Of a stretch of DNA of 64,000 nucleotides, positions 8,696-18,829 are shown piece after piece (position 1 is the first letter of the stretch; every line of letters starts with the position of its first letter). The stretch lies in assembly GCA_964358645.1 (NCBI GenBank), contig CAYHPW010000004.1:25889-89888 (forward strand). Reading direction: 5' to 3'. Under the pieces are notes generated by a model, which did not search any database, was not told the origin of the DNA, and worked only from the letters and a program-made list of their open reading frames with translations. The position numbers and the translations under genes were made by a program. The stretch comes from an uncultured Bacteriovoracaceae bacterium. Its GTDB lineage: Bacteria; Bdellovibrionota; UBA1018.

Positions 8696-9970
8696 TCACG
8701 CGACTTCAACAGCCATGGCAATGCCCTGCCCGCCTCCAATGCATGCCGAGACAATACCTAAGCGTCCATTCCTACGCTTAAGTTCTTTAAGGCACGTAGT
8801 TGCCAGCCTGCAACCAGAAGCAGCAAGCGGATGACCGATTGCAATCGCGCCGCCATTCACGTTTAGTTTGCTTAAATCCAGCTCGAGCTCCCTTGCTACG
8901 GCCAAGCACTGCGCGCCAAAGGCTTCGTTGATTTCAAACAAATCAATATCCTTCAATCCAAGCCCAAGCTCTGACAACAATGACCGGATTGCTGGAGCAG
9001 GACCGATGCCCATGATGCTAGGCTCTACACCAACCGAGACACAACCTAAAATTCTACCAATCGCTTTCAGCCCGTGCGCTTTGATGTACTCACCTGAAGC
9101 CGCCAGCACCGCACATGCACCATCTACAATCCCAGACGCGGATCCGGCAGTGGTAGGCCCTTCCTTGGTGAAAACAAACGGAAGGCTCCCTAGTTTTTCA
9201 AGCGTTGTCATGCGGGGATGCTCATCAGATTCAATCCCATCACTGCCTTTAAGACGGTACTTGCGCGGCTTGAGGCCAGAGCGTTCCAAAATACCTTCTT
9301 TTGAAACCTTTATCACCTCATTACTGAATACCCCTTTTTTCTGGGCGTTTGAGTATTTTTCCTGGCTTGAAATGGCGAACTCATCCACCTCCCGCCTGCC
9401 AAGCTTATACTCACGTGCAAGATTATCAGCGGTATGGCCCATGGGTACAGCGGCGGTATCATTCAACGCCTCCCATAGAAGGTCGACGAACCCTGGCTTA
9501 CCGAGCTGAAAACCTTGTCTGCCGTCAAACGACACAAGCGGAAATTTGCTCATCGTATCAGTCCCGCAACAAAGCACCAGCCTGCTCTTACCAAGCGCGA
9601 TCTGCTCCGCGGCCAGCCCGATTATTTCGATGCCGGAACCACAGATCCTTTGAGCGAGAAGGGCCGGGCTTTCAAGCGGCGCGCCGGAATAAATGCCAAT
9701 ATGCCTTGGCAGAAAAAAAGCATCAGCGCTTGATTGCCCGATATTCGCGACGATCGTCTGATCCACTTCGGAACCCGGGACACCCGCCGCCTCAAGCACC
9801 GCTCTAGACGACAAAATACCGAGGTCAGTGGGCGACAGCGTCGAGAGAGTACCGCAGTACTTGCCAAACGGCGTACGCCTACCTTCCACAATATAAATCC
9901 CTTCAAAAAGAGTCCCTAATCCATTCTTTTTTGATCCAAAACCACGAGCACCAGTTTTCATAATATTCAC
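8696..9970 (-). CDS. Thiolase-family acyl-CoA acetyltransferase (second copy)
   Basis: 424 aa. Motifs: RICGSGIE, NVNGGAIAIGHPLAASGCRL, CIGGGQGIAM. Confidence 0.8.
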   Translation of the reverse strand: MNIMKTGARGFGSKKNGLGTLFEGIYIVEGRRTPFGKYCGTLSTLSPTDLGILSSRAVLEAAGVPGSEVDQTIVANIGQSSADAFFLPRHIGIYSGAPLESPALLAQRICGSGIEIIGLAAEQIALGKSRLVLCCGTDTMSKFPLVSFDGRQGFQLGKPGFVDLLWEALNDTAAVPMGHTADNLAREYKLGRREVDEFAISSQEKYSNAQKKGVFSNEVIKVSKEGILERSGLKPRKYRLKGSDGIESDEHPRMTTLEKLGSLPFVFTKEGPTTAGSASGIVDGACAVLAASGEYIKAHGLKAIGRILGCVSVGVEPSIMGIGPAPAIRSLLSELGLGLKDIDLFEINEAFGAQCLAVARELELDLSKLNVNGGAIAIGHPLAASGCRLATTCLKELKRRNGRLGIVSACIGGGQGIAMAVEVA

Positions 9971-10914
9971 CTCCCGGAAAATACGAATTTTTCTTTTTTA
10001 AGGATGCCACTAAGACCGACCATGGCATCATCCGTGTTAAAAACCCATTTCAACGACCCGAGCTCCAGCTTCAACCCCTCATCGAGCGTGGCTTCTAGTC
10101 CGCGGTCAACAAGCTCCATTGCTTTCTTGAGCGCAAGCGGGGCCTTCCTTCTTAAAGCCTTCTCATAAATATGAAATATATCATTAGATAAAACCGTGTC
10201 ATTAAGTTCACCGGTAAAACTATAAAAAGCATTTTCAGGAAATAAGTCATTATAACTCCCAGGGGACTTCCCTGCCTGTGGATTAATGTCCTCTGGCAAT
10301 TCACACAACTCTTCAACACTCTCGAATGGTCCAGCCAACATATCAACTAGACCATACTTAAGCGCCATCTGCGCATCCACGAACTGTCCGGTGGCTATCA
10401 TAAACTTTGCCAGGCCTTTGCCGATCAGCCTCGGCGCTCTCTGCGTGCCTCCGAGGCCTGGATAGATGCCTATCCCGGTTTCTGGGAAGGCCAGCAAGGC
10501 TTTCGGGCTTGCAACCCTCCTGTGACATGCGAGTGCGAGTTCAAGTCCTCCACCCAGTGTCAGCCCGTTCAAGTAAGCGATAGCAGGTTTTTTGCAAGCG
10601 CTTACTTTGTTAAGGACATCATGTCCATAAGTAGTGAAGCGGTAAATCCTATCAATATCTCCTCTATCCATCGCATCGACAAAGAACTTGATATCGGCGC
10701 CAGCGACAAACGCCTTCCCACGGCCAAGTATGAATATGCGTTTAACGCTGGGATCACGTTCAAGCTTCTCGAAGTTCATGGCAAATTGCTCGACAACATC
10801 CTCACTGAGAGGATTCATCTTCTCAGGGATGTTGAAAATAACAAACCCGTTATGGTGATAGATATCGGAGACTACACAATCGATCTTAATCTTTTCGCTA
10901 CACTCATTCATCAT
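9967..10914 (-). CDS. Enoyl-CoA hydratase/isomerase (crotonase) family protein
   Basis: 315 aa. GKAFVAGADIKFF and LNGLTLGGGLELALACHRRVA crotonase signature. Confidence 0.75.
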   Translation of the reverse strand: MMNECSEKIKIDCVVSDIYHHNGFVIFNIPEKMNPLSEDVVEQFAMNFEKLERDPSVKRIFILGRGKAFVAGADIKFFVDAMDRGDIDRIYRFTTYGHDVLNKVSACKKPAIAYLNGLTLGGGLELALACHRRVASPKALLAFPETGIGIYPGLGGTQRAPRLIGKGLAKFMIATGQFVDAQMALKYGLVDMLAGPFESVEELCELPEDINPQAGKSPGSYNDLFPENAFYSFTGELNDTVLSNDIFHIYEKALRRKAPLALKKAMELVDRGLEATLDEGLKLELGSLKWVFNTDDAMVGLSGILKKEKFVFSGR

Positions 10915-10943
10915 TTTAAATATTCCTAGTTAAATATTCCTGG

Positions 10944-11885
10944 TTAAATGGTCCTTGTAAAATCATCTTCAATGCTCTTTAAAAAACCATAAACTGTTTC
11001 GGTAACAGGAACACGCATGCCGCTGTTTTCCGCATACTGCACGAGCTTTCCACAATGATAGTCATTCTCGGTCCTGCGCCTGTTTTCAATATCGACAAGC
11101 ATTGATGGTTTGTGATCGCCGCCACTGGATAAATAGCTCATAGCTTCGTTAAAAAAACCTGCACCAATTGCGATTTTTCTGACTTTAGCGATGCTTATCC
11201 CTTCCCGGACGATCTCCTCCACTATTCTTTTCAGAAACGGCCTATCGAGCACCGCCTTCATCGTCATTCCGGTAAGCGCGCAAACACTTGACAATGAGGA
11301 ATTTAAAATCGCCTTTCTGAAGATATCAGGCTGGTAATCTTCCTTGAGATCCGTCTTGAATCCTGCTGACGTCAGGTCCATGGCAACTTGCCTGGTCAAG
11401 GCCATATTTACGTCAATTCTCAATGAAAGGATTTGCGGGAAGATAAACGTGACATTGACCTCATTTTCACCAATAAGCGAACAACCAAGGTTCATCACCA
11501 TTCTAAGAGCGTTCTGCGATCCAAAGACATTGATGATCTGTTCTTCAACCCCCAACCCGTTCTGGCATGAAACAAAAACAGTTTTTTTGTCAAACTTAGC
11601 GCTTTGCTTGATGGTTTGAAGTATCGCCGGTGAATCACAACTCTTTGTCGCGATAAAAATCACATCAGGCTTGGTCTCCAAAAAGCTTTCCATCTGCATA
11701 TGCAGATTTCCAAACTTGGCATGCGCGGAGAGCTTTCCTTTCACAACAAGCGGACCACTGGCGAGTGCAGTATATTTGGCTTCATATCCGCATAGTATAG
11801 CTAAGTCATGACCGGCCTGTGCCAGATGAACTGCGATGGTGGAGCCCACAGGGCCCATGCCGATTATTGCGTACATGAGTCTCAT
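10944..11885 (-). CDS. Ketopantoate-reductase (ApbA/PanE) family NAD(P)-dependent oxidoreductase
   Basis: 313 aa. N-terminal Rossmann MYAIIGMGPVGSTIAVHLAQAGHDLAIL and KPR-like C-terminal domain. Its role in the pathway is uncertain. Confidence 0.6.
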   Translation of the reverse strand: MRLMYAIIGMGPVGSTIAVHLAQAGHDLAILCGYEAKYTALASGPLVVKGKLSAHAKFGNLHMQMESFLETKPDVIFIATKSCDSPAILQTIKQSAKFDKKTVFVSCQNGLGVEEQIINVFGSQNALRMVMNLGCSLIGENEVNVTFIFPQILSLRIDVNMALTRQVAMDLTSAGFKTDLKEDYQPDIFRKAILNSSLSSVCALTGMTMKAVLDRPFLKRIVEEIVREGISIAKVRKIAIGAGFFNEAMSYLSSGGDHKPSMLVDIENRRRTENDYHCGKLVQYAENSGMRVPVTETVYGFLKSIEDDFTRTI

Positions 11886-13564
11886 TTGCGCCTCACACTC
11901 TCAGCGGCCAACTCGACCACATATATATTGCCAGGGAGCTCATTAATCCTGTCAACTTCCAGTGAATGCATGAAAGTCCTGAAGTTCTCCTCAATCCTTT
12001 TCGGAATAAGTTTGAAGGACGGGGTCAGTTCATTTCTCTCGATGGTAAGCTCGGTATCGACGATCATCACCTTCTGGACGCGGTCTATTTTTCCACACGC
12101 TGTGTGATTCACATCCACGATACACTTGCCAAGACAGCGCGCAAACTCATTAAGACACGCCGGGAAACTGCAACCAGAACCACCACACTCACCGCTTCGC
12201 GCGGCCTCGATGAGCTCCGTGTTCGGAAAAATTATCGCAAGCGGATTACTCTGGCCCTGGCCAAACACGTAAGCATGCTTGATGAACCTGCACTTTGCCT
12301 TAAGGTTTTCCTCTATCACGGACGGAAAAATTTTCTCGCCATTGCTGAGTTTGAACATCCTGTCTTTTCGTGAAATTATTCTTAACCCGTCCTCGGTTAT
12401 TTCGCCGATATCACCGGTTTTAAACCAGCCTTCATTGTCTAAAACCCTGGCGGTGGCTTCCGGCTGCTTGAAGTAGCCCTTCATCACATTAGGCCCACGG
12501 ACCAAAATCTCATTCTCCTCGCCGATCTTGACTTCCACGCCAGGCATTGGGAACCCAACCACGCCAAGCTTCCTGTCCACATCCATGCTGGTCAGGGTAC
12601 AGCACGGGGATGTCTCCGTAAGCCCCCAACCCTCTATGACAGGGACTTTCTTAGCTTTAAATATTTCCGATGTACTTAAAGGAAGTGGCGCAGCAGCCGT
12701 AAAAATGAATTTAAGCCCGTCATGAAAAAAACCACGCTCAACAGCCTTTGACGACGCCATTCTGGCGGTGATCTCCTGGTAAATTTTAGGCACGCTGAAA
12801 AATATATTTGGCTTAATCTCAAGGTAGTTTTCAAGCAGCTTGTCCACGTTCTTACCGCCTGAATCATCCACCGCAAGGCAGCCGCCGGAACTAAGCGCGA
12901 AGAACCGCTCAAACAGCCCGCCAAAGCTGTGGTGCCAAGGCAGGTAGCATAAAAATCTCATCCCCGGCTCAGGGGCCCAGAGTATCTTAAGCGCCTTTTG
13001 CTGTGACATGAGATTTGCGTGTGTGAGCTGTACCCCCTTTGGTGAACCACTTGTCCCGGAAGTGAACATGATCACGGCTAGACTATCGTCATCAACGCCG
13101 GTCATTACATGTTCAATGTCACCGCCTGGAGTATATTTCGTCATGTCATCAAAAAACCGTAAGTCAAAAACCAGCGGCACATCCGCGGCATCATAACGGT
13201 AGCCATCCACTACAACAGCACTTACATCAGAGAATTTTATCAGCTCGCAAATAAGACCTTTCGAGTAGCCCGCGAAAACAGGCACACTAGTCATCCCTGA
13301 GCTCATAACCGCAAGTTCCGCCACAAGCCTTCTATATGAATTGCCAGCCAGAAATGCCACACGATCACCGGGCTTAAGCCCTTTTCCTGTCAAGAATCGG
13401 ATCACCCCGGTCACATCACTGATCAGCTCATTCCACATCCAATATTTATATTTACCACTTACTTTTTCGGCAAATGCTGGCATGTGACCGTGACATTCGC
13501 TGTTACCCAGCAACATTGTTCCGATATTTTTCTTAATCACGCCAAGAGACAGGTCGCACCTCAT
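11882..13564 (-). CDS. AMP-dependent acyl-CoA synthetase/ligase (aromatic or alicyclic acid-CoA ligase candidate)
   Basis: 560 aa. AMP-binding signature FTSGTSGSPKGV and the GWGLTE motif. ATGA overlap with bcrD-like stop. Confidence 0.8.
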   Translation of the reverse strand: MRCDLSLGVIKKNIGTMLLGNSECHGHMPAFAEKVSGKYKYWMWNELISDVTGVIRFLTGKGLKPGDRVAFLAGNSYRRLVAELAVMSSGMTSVPVFAGYSKGLICELIKFSDVSAVVVDGYRYDAADVPLVFDLRFFDDMTKYTPGGDIEHVMTGVDDDSLAVIMFTSGTSGSPKGVQLTHANLMSQQKALKILWAPEPGMRFLCYLPWHHSFGGLFERFFALSSGGCLAVDDSGGKNVDKLLENYLEIKPNIFFSVPKIYQEITARMASSKAVERGFFHDGLKFIFTAAAPLPLSTSEIFKAKKVPVIEGWGLTETSPCCTLTSMDVDRKLGVVGFPMPGVEVKIGEENEILVRGPNVMKGYFKQPEATARVLDNEGWFKTGDIGEITEDGLRIISRKDRMFKLSNGEKIFPSVIEENLKAKCRFIKHAYVFGQGQSNPLAIIFPNTELIEAARSGECGGSGCSFPACLNEFARCLGKCIVDVNHTACGKIDRVQKVMIVDTELTIERNELTPSFKLIPKRIEENFRTFMHSLEVDRINELPGNIYVVELAAESVRRK

Positions 13565-14418
13565 GCCGATTCTCCTGCTGACATGGCTTCACGCCCGCCT
13601 CGTATTTTTACGTGCCTGAATCCCGCCCAAAGCGCCGCTCCTATTGCTCCTGCAAAGACAGACTTATCATGACTGAAAATTTCAAGCCTTTGCTTGTCAT
13701 TATTAGCCAGCTCCTGCATTGCCTTAATCATGCCGATATCCTGTGCCAAACCACCGGTGATCAGCGCGCGCCCTTCGGCCTTAAGTACCCTAAGAAGGTT
13801 GATGAGTCTGCGTGCCATCGACAGATGAATGCCCTTTAAGATGTTTGCCGTTGTTATGCCCCTGCTCACCATATTGATTACATCGGTTTCAGCCAGCACC
13901 GCGCATATCCCGGACACCATTTCAGGCTTGTCAGCCTTGCTCGATAGCTCACCTATGTCTTCCGTCGCCACGCCAAGATACCGCGCGATGTTTTCGAGGA
14001 ACTGCCCGGAGCCGGACGCACATTGCGACGTCATCCTGTATGAGAGCACCTTGGAGCGATCATCAACGACCATCACCTTTGCGTGTAGGGCACCGATGTC
14101 AACCACGGCGCGGGCACTGCTATCTAGGAATAAAGCCCCCCTCGCATGGCAAGTCATCGAATAAAAATGCCCTTTACGGAAATCAACCATCTCACCTTCG
14201 CCGGTGCTCGCAACATATGCCACGCCATCTCGACGCATACCTTGCTGCTCCAAAACCCTGTCGAATAATTCATTAATAACATCCTTGGTGTTGCGCTTTC
14301 TGATCTTTTCGATCTCGCAGCCAAGAAGAGTTTCTGACTTTCCTAAATCATCAAAACTCATTGCGGCTGCTTTTATTGCGCTGGAACCGACATCCATACC
14401 GATAGTGTAAAACATCAC
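13561..14418 (-). CDS. bcrD: Benzoyl-CoA reductase class I subunit D-like (BadG/BcrD ATPase)
   Basis: 285 aa (BcrD about 30 kDa). YTIGMDVGSSAIKAA and CASGSGQFLE actin-fold ATPase/[4Fe-4S]-bridging Cys motifs. Final gene of a C-B-A-D order. Confidence 0.75.
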   Translation of the reverse strand: MMFYTIGMDVGSSAIKAAAMSFDDLGKSETLLGCEIEKIRKRNTKDVINELFDRVLEQQGMRRDGVAYVASTGEGEMVDFRKGHFYSMTCHARGALFLDSSARAVVDIGALHAKVMVVDDRSKVLSYRMTSQCASGSGQFLENIARYLGVATEDIGELSSKADKPEMVSGICAVLAETDVINMVSRGITTANILKGIHLSMARRLINLLRVLKAEGRALITGGLAQDIGMIKAMQELANNDKQRLEIFSHDKSVFAGAIGAALWAGFRHVKIRGGREAMSAGESA

Positions 14419-15734
14419 GAAGCCCTCATCGCAAACAACGAAGCACCAAGGGCGCCTGTGTATATGCTGTCGGAACTGATATTCATTTTCATTTCACCGT
14501 AATTCTCGACAAGGAGCTCCTTGAGCGCCGCCGTGGCAGCCTGATTCCTCGCCACACCGCCAGTGAAGGTGAATTCAGAAAACGCGCCGCCGCTTCTCGC
14601 GATCAGCGACATCGCTCTTAAAATAATCGCCCTGTGCAGGCCTGCTATTATATCCTCACGCTTTTCACCAAGCGAAAGCCTTTCACGCAGTTCTGCGCCT
14701 GCAAATACAGTGCATGTTGAATTAATCCTTGCTGGTTTTTTAGACTGCATGGCAAGCGGGCCCAGCTGATGGACTCCCATATTCATTTCGTCGGCAATGT
14801 AACCTAAATATCTCCCGCAGCCAGCCGCGCATCTGTCGTTCATCTGGAAGCCGGTGACAATCCCGTTCGCGTCGACCTGGATCGCCTTCGTGTCTTGCCC
14901 GCCTATATCAAGCACGGTCCTGGTCAAAGGGAACATATAATGCGCGCCAAGCCCGTGGCACAATATCTCAGAGCGGATCTGCTCTTTTGGAAACGGAAGA
15001 GTCAGCCTCCCATAACCTGTCCCGACCATGCTGACCACGTTAAAGCGGATGCCTGATATATCTTTTACGGCGCTTGCGATACCACCCCTCATCCCGGAAA
15101 ACTCCGGCACCTTAAGTGTCTCCTCACACGCAAATCCCAGGTAATCAGCAAAGTATGCGGCAAAGCTCCTGCTCTCGACGCGAAGAATAGCTTTGTCAAA
15201 AACACCAACAGCCCTGTCAAAAGACAGCCGCCTTTCCTTAGTGACTGCCTCAGCCTCCTTAAGAAACAAACTAGTCGCTATATCGCGGAAAAAATCACTC
15301 TGCGCCTTGCCGCCTGGCTGGAAGCTCATTTCAGAAACACTTGCGAGCCTTTCAAAAATCAATGACATCAGACCTTTGTAGAGTGCCTTTTCTTCTTCAC
15401 CCCTGTTCCACTCAACGATAACCTTCGCACATTCATCCTTGAGGGCTGAGAGCTGCTTTAAGTGTTCACCAAGGGCGTATTTACATGAGATATAAGACAA
15501 CAATTTGCCAGCAGATCTTGATATTTTTGCATCTTTCTTCAACCTGTCATCAAGCAACAAAAAGCGCGTGCTTGTTTCAGCTTCCTCGCGCGCAACCTGG
15601 CAAGCCACTTCGTAATTGCTGCGTGAATTGGTTATACCGCGCCCAAGAACTCTTTCACCGCGACCCATGACCACGGCCTTCGTCGTGGTTGAACCCAAGT
15701 CTATCCCGATAAAACAATCCGTCTGGCAATTCAT
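14415..15734 (-). CDS. bcrA: Benzoyl-CoA reductase class I subunit A-like (BadF/BcrA ATPase)
   Basis: 439 aa (BcrA about 48 kDa). IGIDLGSTTTKAVV, DIGGQDTKAI and DRCAAGCGRYL motifs. Long BadF/BcrA-type insertion relative to the D subunit. Confidence 0.75.
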   Translation of the reverse strand: MNCQTDCFIGIDLGSTTTKAVVMGRGERVLGRGITNSRSNYEVACQVAREEAETSTRFLLLDDRLKKDAKISRSAGKLLSYISCKYALGEHLKQLSALKDECAKVIVEWNRGEEEKALYKGLMSLIFERLASVSEMSFQPGGKAQSDFFRDIATSLFLKEAEAVTKERRLSFDRAVGVFDKAILRVESRSFAAYFADYLGFACEETLKVPEFSGMRGGIASAVKDISGIRFNVVSMVGTGYGRLTLPFPKEQIRSEILCHGLGAHYMFPLTRTVLDIGGQDTKAIQVDANGIVTGFQMNDRCAAGCGRYLGYIADEMNMGVHQLGPLAMQSKKPARINSTCTVFAGAELRERLSLGEKREDIIAGLHRAIILRAMSLIARSGGAFSEFTFTGGVARNQAATAALKELLVENYGEMKMNISSDSIYTGALGASLFAMRAS

Positions 15735-17035
15735 TTGGCCATCTCCTTCTGGGCACTGACGGACCGCTTTGCCTCTATCATCTGGAAATACGACTCAAGC
15801 CTGTTCTTGATATTTGCCGCGCTGAAATAGCGCGGATCAACAAGGTCCGACTCGATGAAGCCGCCCGCCTTGCCGGTGCGCTGCTCAAGCTCCCTCAATA
15901 TAAGCAGTTGTCCAACCGAGAATGAATTGCAGCTTTTTATCGAATTAATTAGGAATCCGTCAGCATCAAAATCTTTGATGTATTTTTCTATGATCTCTAT
16001 CCTGCTAGGCAGATTTCTGTTCGTATAACAACCAAGGCAGTAATCAGCCATCGTTTCAAACGGCCTGGACGGATCATGGCGAAAACCACGCTCATAAAGG
16101 CCGCCCACCTTGGTATAAGTCGACGACACAACGACAGCTTTCTCATCGGAGAACATCTTCCAAAATTCCCTGAAGCTTGTCCAATTAGGTGGGCCCTCCA
16201 CGACCAAGCGGAATTTCTGCTCCTTAAGCTCACCATCCGGGACGGTGGGACCCATCTTGTGCTTGATCCTGAACTCGACTTCACTTCTAAGTTCCCTGTA
16301 ATATTGCTCACACTCCGGCAGACCGCGGAACGCGCTGAAAATAGGCCCGACGTAATACACTCCGCCGAAATATGCATCAATCGGCGAAGGCTTGTGCTTG
16401 GCTGAATCCCATACCCAAACAAGATCATCCTCCGCACGTGCAGCGGACTCCAGCAAAGACTTTAGTTTTTCTTCATTGAGCTTTTTGCCGGAAATCTTCT
16501 CCATCATCGGGACAGCTGTTTCTCTTAGCTGCCTTACCACATACTGTCTCATTGAATCGGTGACTTCACCGTCACCCTGATACGGGATTTGAAGCATCAC
16601 AACAGGGCATTTGTATTCCTTCTCTAGCAGCTCGAACCACTTCATGAAAGTAAAGCAACCTGTGTAGCTGAGCAGGAGCAGATCCGGGGGAGGCAGCTTC
16701 TCTCCAGTCGGCCCGATATTGCCTTTTCTTAGCATTCCAATGTCACATTTGACGTATGTGCATACGTCTTCCGAGTGACCAAATTTTTCCGCTTCAAGTA
16801 TATAATTCCCACTAAGCTTTCGCATGCTGGATTGAAGGGCATTTATTTCAGGATGCACCGGCAGCATGTCGAAAGCCCAGATAAGCTCATTAAGGTTGCC
16901 TGGGACAAATGTATAAACAACTTTCTTCCCGTCTTCCTTCGCCCGCGCGAGCCTCCGGTAATGATCACTCAGCATCTGCTTCTGCAAAAGCATGCTGTTT
17001 TCTTTTTGCACTTCCTGTTTCATTTCGTCCCCCAC
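15731..17035 (-). CDS. bcrB: Benzoyl-CoA reductase class I subunit B-like (HGD-D family)
   Basis: 434 aa (BcrB about 49 kDa). 2-hydroxyglutaryl-CoA dehydratase D-component fold. Sits between the C-like and A-like genes. Confidence 0.7.
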   Translation of the reverse strand: MGDEMKQEVQKENSMLLQKQMLSDHYRRLARAKEDGKKVVYTFVPGNLNELIWAFDMLPVHPEINALQSSMRKLSGNYILEAEKFGHSEDVCTYVKCDIGMLRKGNIGPTGEKLPPPDLLLLSYTGCFTFMKWFELLEKEYKCPVVMLQIPYQGDGEVTDSMRQYVVRQLRETAVPMMEKISGKKLNEEKLKSLLESAARAEDDLVWVWDSAKHKPSPIDAYFGGVYYVGPIFSAFRGLPECEQYYRELRSEVEFRIKHKMGPTVPDGELKEQKFRLVVEGPPNWTSFREFWKMFSDEKAVVVSSTYTKVGGLYERGFRHDPSRPFETMADYCLGCYTNRNLPSRIEIIEKYIKDFDADGFLINSIKSCNSFSVGQLLILRELEQRTGKAGGFIESDLVDPRYFSAANIKNRLESYFQMIEAKRSVSAQKEMAK

Positions 17036-18177
17036 AGCTTGATGGAATCAGCAAACGTACCGGTCTCCTCCTTGATGACTTGTATCTGCCCGGTGTTTTC
17101 CGCGTATTTAAAACCTGTATATGGGATGTTGTGCTCCGAAAGCACCGCCTGCAACATCGGGCGCTCAAGCAATGCAGGATCACAAAAACTTGGAGCAGCA
17201 AAAACAACGCCCTCTGCTTGCCTCTCGCGCACCATTCTAAGCAGATACTGGCCCTTATCCTTGCCTTCCTCATATCTAGAAGCGGTTGAAACAGCACTCC
17301 TGATATAACTTTCCGCAAGCGCGTAGAATGGGTCACCATCCTCAGAAATATCTTTAATGAAATACCTGGAGCATAAAACCCAGTCATCATCCACGATATA
17401 GCAACCGCTGCTTTCAAGTGCTTTTATCAAATTTAAAGGCGGCTGCTCGCAAAATGCGCCAGAAACAATGACCCTGACATGATCCCGCTCTGGTCGCTTA
17501 ACTTCCTTAATGGCGCCGATATATTCATGTACAAGTTTGGTATGCTCGGATACTTCAAGAATATTCGACGCCCTCATTATGACATATGTTTCATAAGTCG
17601 TTACTTGATGAGGCAATCTCGACCTTAGCCTGTATAGCTCATCTATGGCTGCACGGTTTTCGTTATAAAGTTTTATGGAGTTTCTAAGCGCTTCATCAGT
17701 AACCGTGACGCCTGAAATGCCAGACAGGTCATCGCAAAGCCTCCTCAGCTCGGATTCATAAAATGATTTACCGGCATCATTATAGTCCTGTGGAAAATCA
17801 ATGTACTTTACGTATTTCCCTGGGAACATTACTTTCCACATCCCACTCAGGTTTCTTATCACATCACAAATAGCCGGGAACAGCATACCATCAAGCGAAT
17901 CGAGCTTACCGCAAACGCCAAGCTCGATCGTGGAGCGCGGAATCCGGCAAATATACGACTGAAAATACGCATCCCCCCTGATAATCTCGATCTCATCTCC
18001 GCCGCCCATGATGCCAACCGGCAGCATGCCAGCAGCATGGATAATTTCTCTTGGAACATAGACCGGCATATAACCAATAGCTTTTGCCGAATGTGCCTTC
18101 TTCCATTCAACTACATACTTGAAATCAAGATCGCGACAGAGTTCTTCACATCGCTCTATGATCGAACGCACGCTCAT
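17020..18177 (-). CDS. bcrC: Benzoyl-CoA reductase class I subunit C-like (HGD-D family)
   Basis: 385 aa (BcrC about 44 kDa). Motifs AIGYMPVYVPREIIHAAGMLPVG, ICRIPRSTIELGVCGK, FCDPALLERP. First gene of the four-gene set. Confidence 0.7.
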   Translation of the reverse strand: MSVRSIIERCEELCRDLDFKYVVEWKKAHSAKAIGYMPVYVPREIIHAAGMLPVGIMGGGDEIEIIRGDAYFQSYICRIPRSTIELGVCGKLDSLDGMLFPAICDVIRNLSGMWKVMFPGKYVKYIDFPQDYNDAGKSFYESELRRLCDDLSGISGVTVTDEALRNSIKLYNENRAAIDELYRLRSRLPHQVTTYETYVIMRASNILEVSEHTKLVHEYIGAIKEVKRPERDHVRVIVSGAFCEQPPLNLIKALESSGCYIVDDDWVLCSRYFIKDISEDGDPFYALAESYIRSAVSTASRYEEGKDKGQYLLRMVRERQAEGVVFAAPSFCDPALLERPMLQAVLSEHNIPYTGFKYAENTGQIQVIKEETGTFADSIKLWGTK

Positions 18178-18826
18178 CTACATTTACCTCTTGCGACATT
18201 ATACTTCCGCCTGACAACACACCTCTTGTGAACGTCTTGTAAATTTCACTTACCAGCTCATCGAGGGATCCATATTCCTTCGGCGTATACCAGCGGCAAA
18301 TCCAGTTCATCATTCCGAAAAGCAAAAAGCTCTTTCTGTGAAGTTCCATGCCGCAGGCCCTTTGCCCTGCATGCCTAGCCACAAACTCACCAACTATCTC
18401 ATGTCCCAGGGAGGCGTACTTTTTTCGCAATTCCCGTATGGCCTTACCGCGCGCCAGCCCCAGCTGCTGAGTGCTGAACAACATGACCTTCATCTCATCC
18501 ACATGCGTGGTGAAATAACTTACATGGCTGTTGATGAAGGCAAGCAACTTTTTTTCCGCTTCGTCACGCCGGCCGGATATCTCCTGCGCGCTCTCAAGCA
18601 ATGACGAAAAACCCCTCATGTTGATGAGCCACAAAAGCTCCTCCTTGTTGCGAAAATAATGATAAAGCCCAGCCAAGCTACGACCAGTTTCCTGCGCGAG
18701 ATTGCGCATGGTTGTGGCACTGTAGCCTTTTCTTGCCATTAAACGGCTTGATTTCTTAAGTATCCCATCAAGCCCTGTCTTAACGCCCGGTTTTATACCG
18801 GCGCGTGAACGTACGCGGCTAACCAT
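18146..18826 (-). CDS. TetR/AcrR-family transcriptional regulator
   Basis: 226 aa. N-terminal HTH LKKSSRLMARKGYSATTMRNLAQETGRSLAGLYHYFRNKEELL. Embedded between dch-like and bcrC-like genes. Confidence 0.8.
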   Translation of the reverse strand: MVSRVRSRAGIKPGVKTGLDGILKKSSRLMARKGYSATTMRNLAQETGRSLAGLYHYFRNKEELLWLINMRGFSSLLESAQEISGRRDEAEKKLLAFINSHVSYFTTHVDEMKVMLFSTQQLGLARGKAIRELRKKYASLGHEIVGEFVARHAGQRACGMELHRKSFLLFGMMNWICRWYTPKEYGSLDELVSEIYKTFTRGVLSGGSIMSQEVNVDERAFDHRAM

Positions 18827-18829
18827 GAC

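Noticed and set aside
8868-9509. 213-aa plus-strand Ser-rich ORF
   Set aside because: Lies inside, and antisense to, the thiolase at 8696-9970, which has clear active-site motifs.
15997-16437. 146-aa minus-strand ORF
   Set aside because: An alternative frame within the bcrB-like gene. Arg/Ser-rich with no start context.
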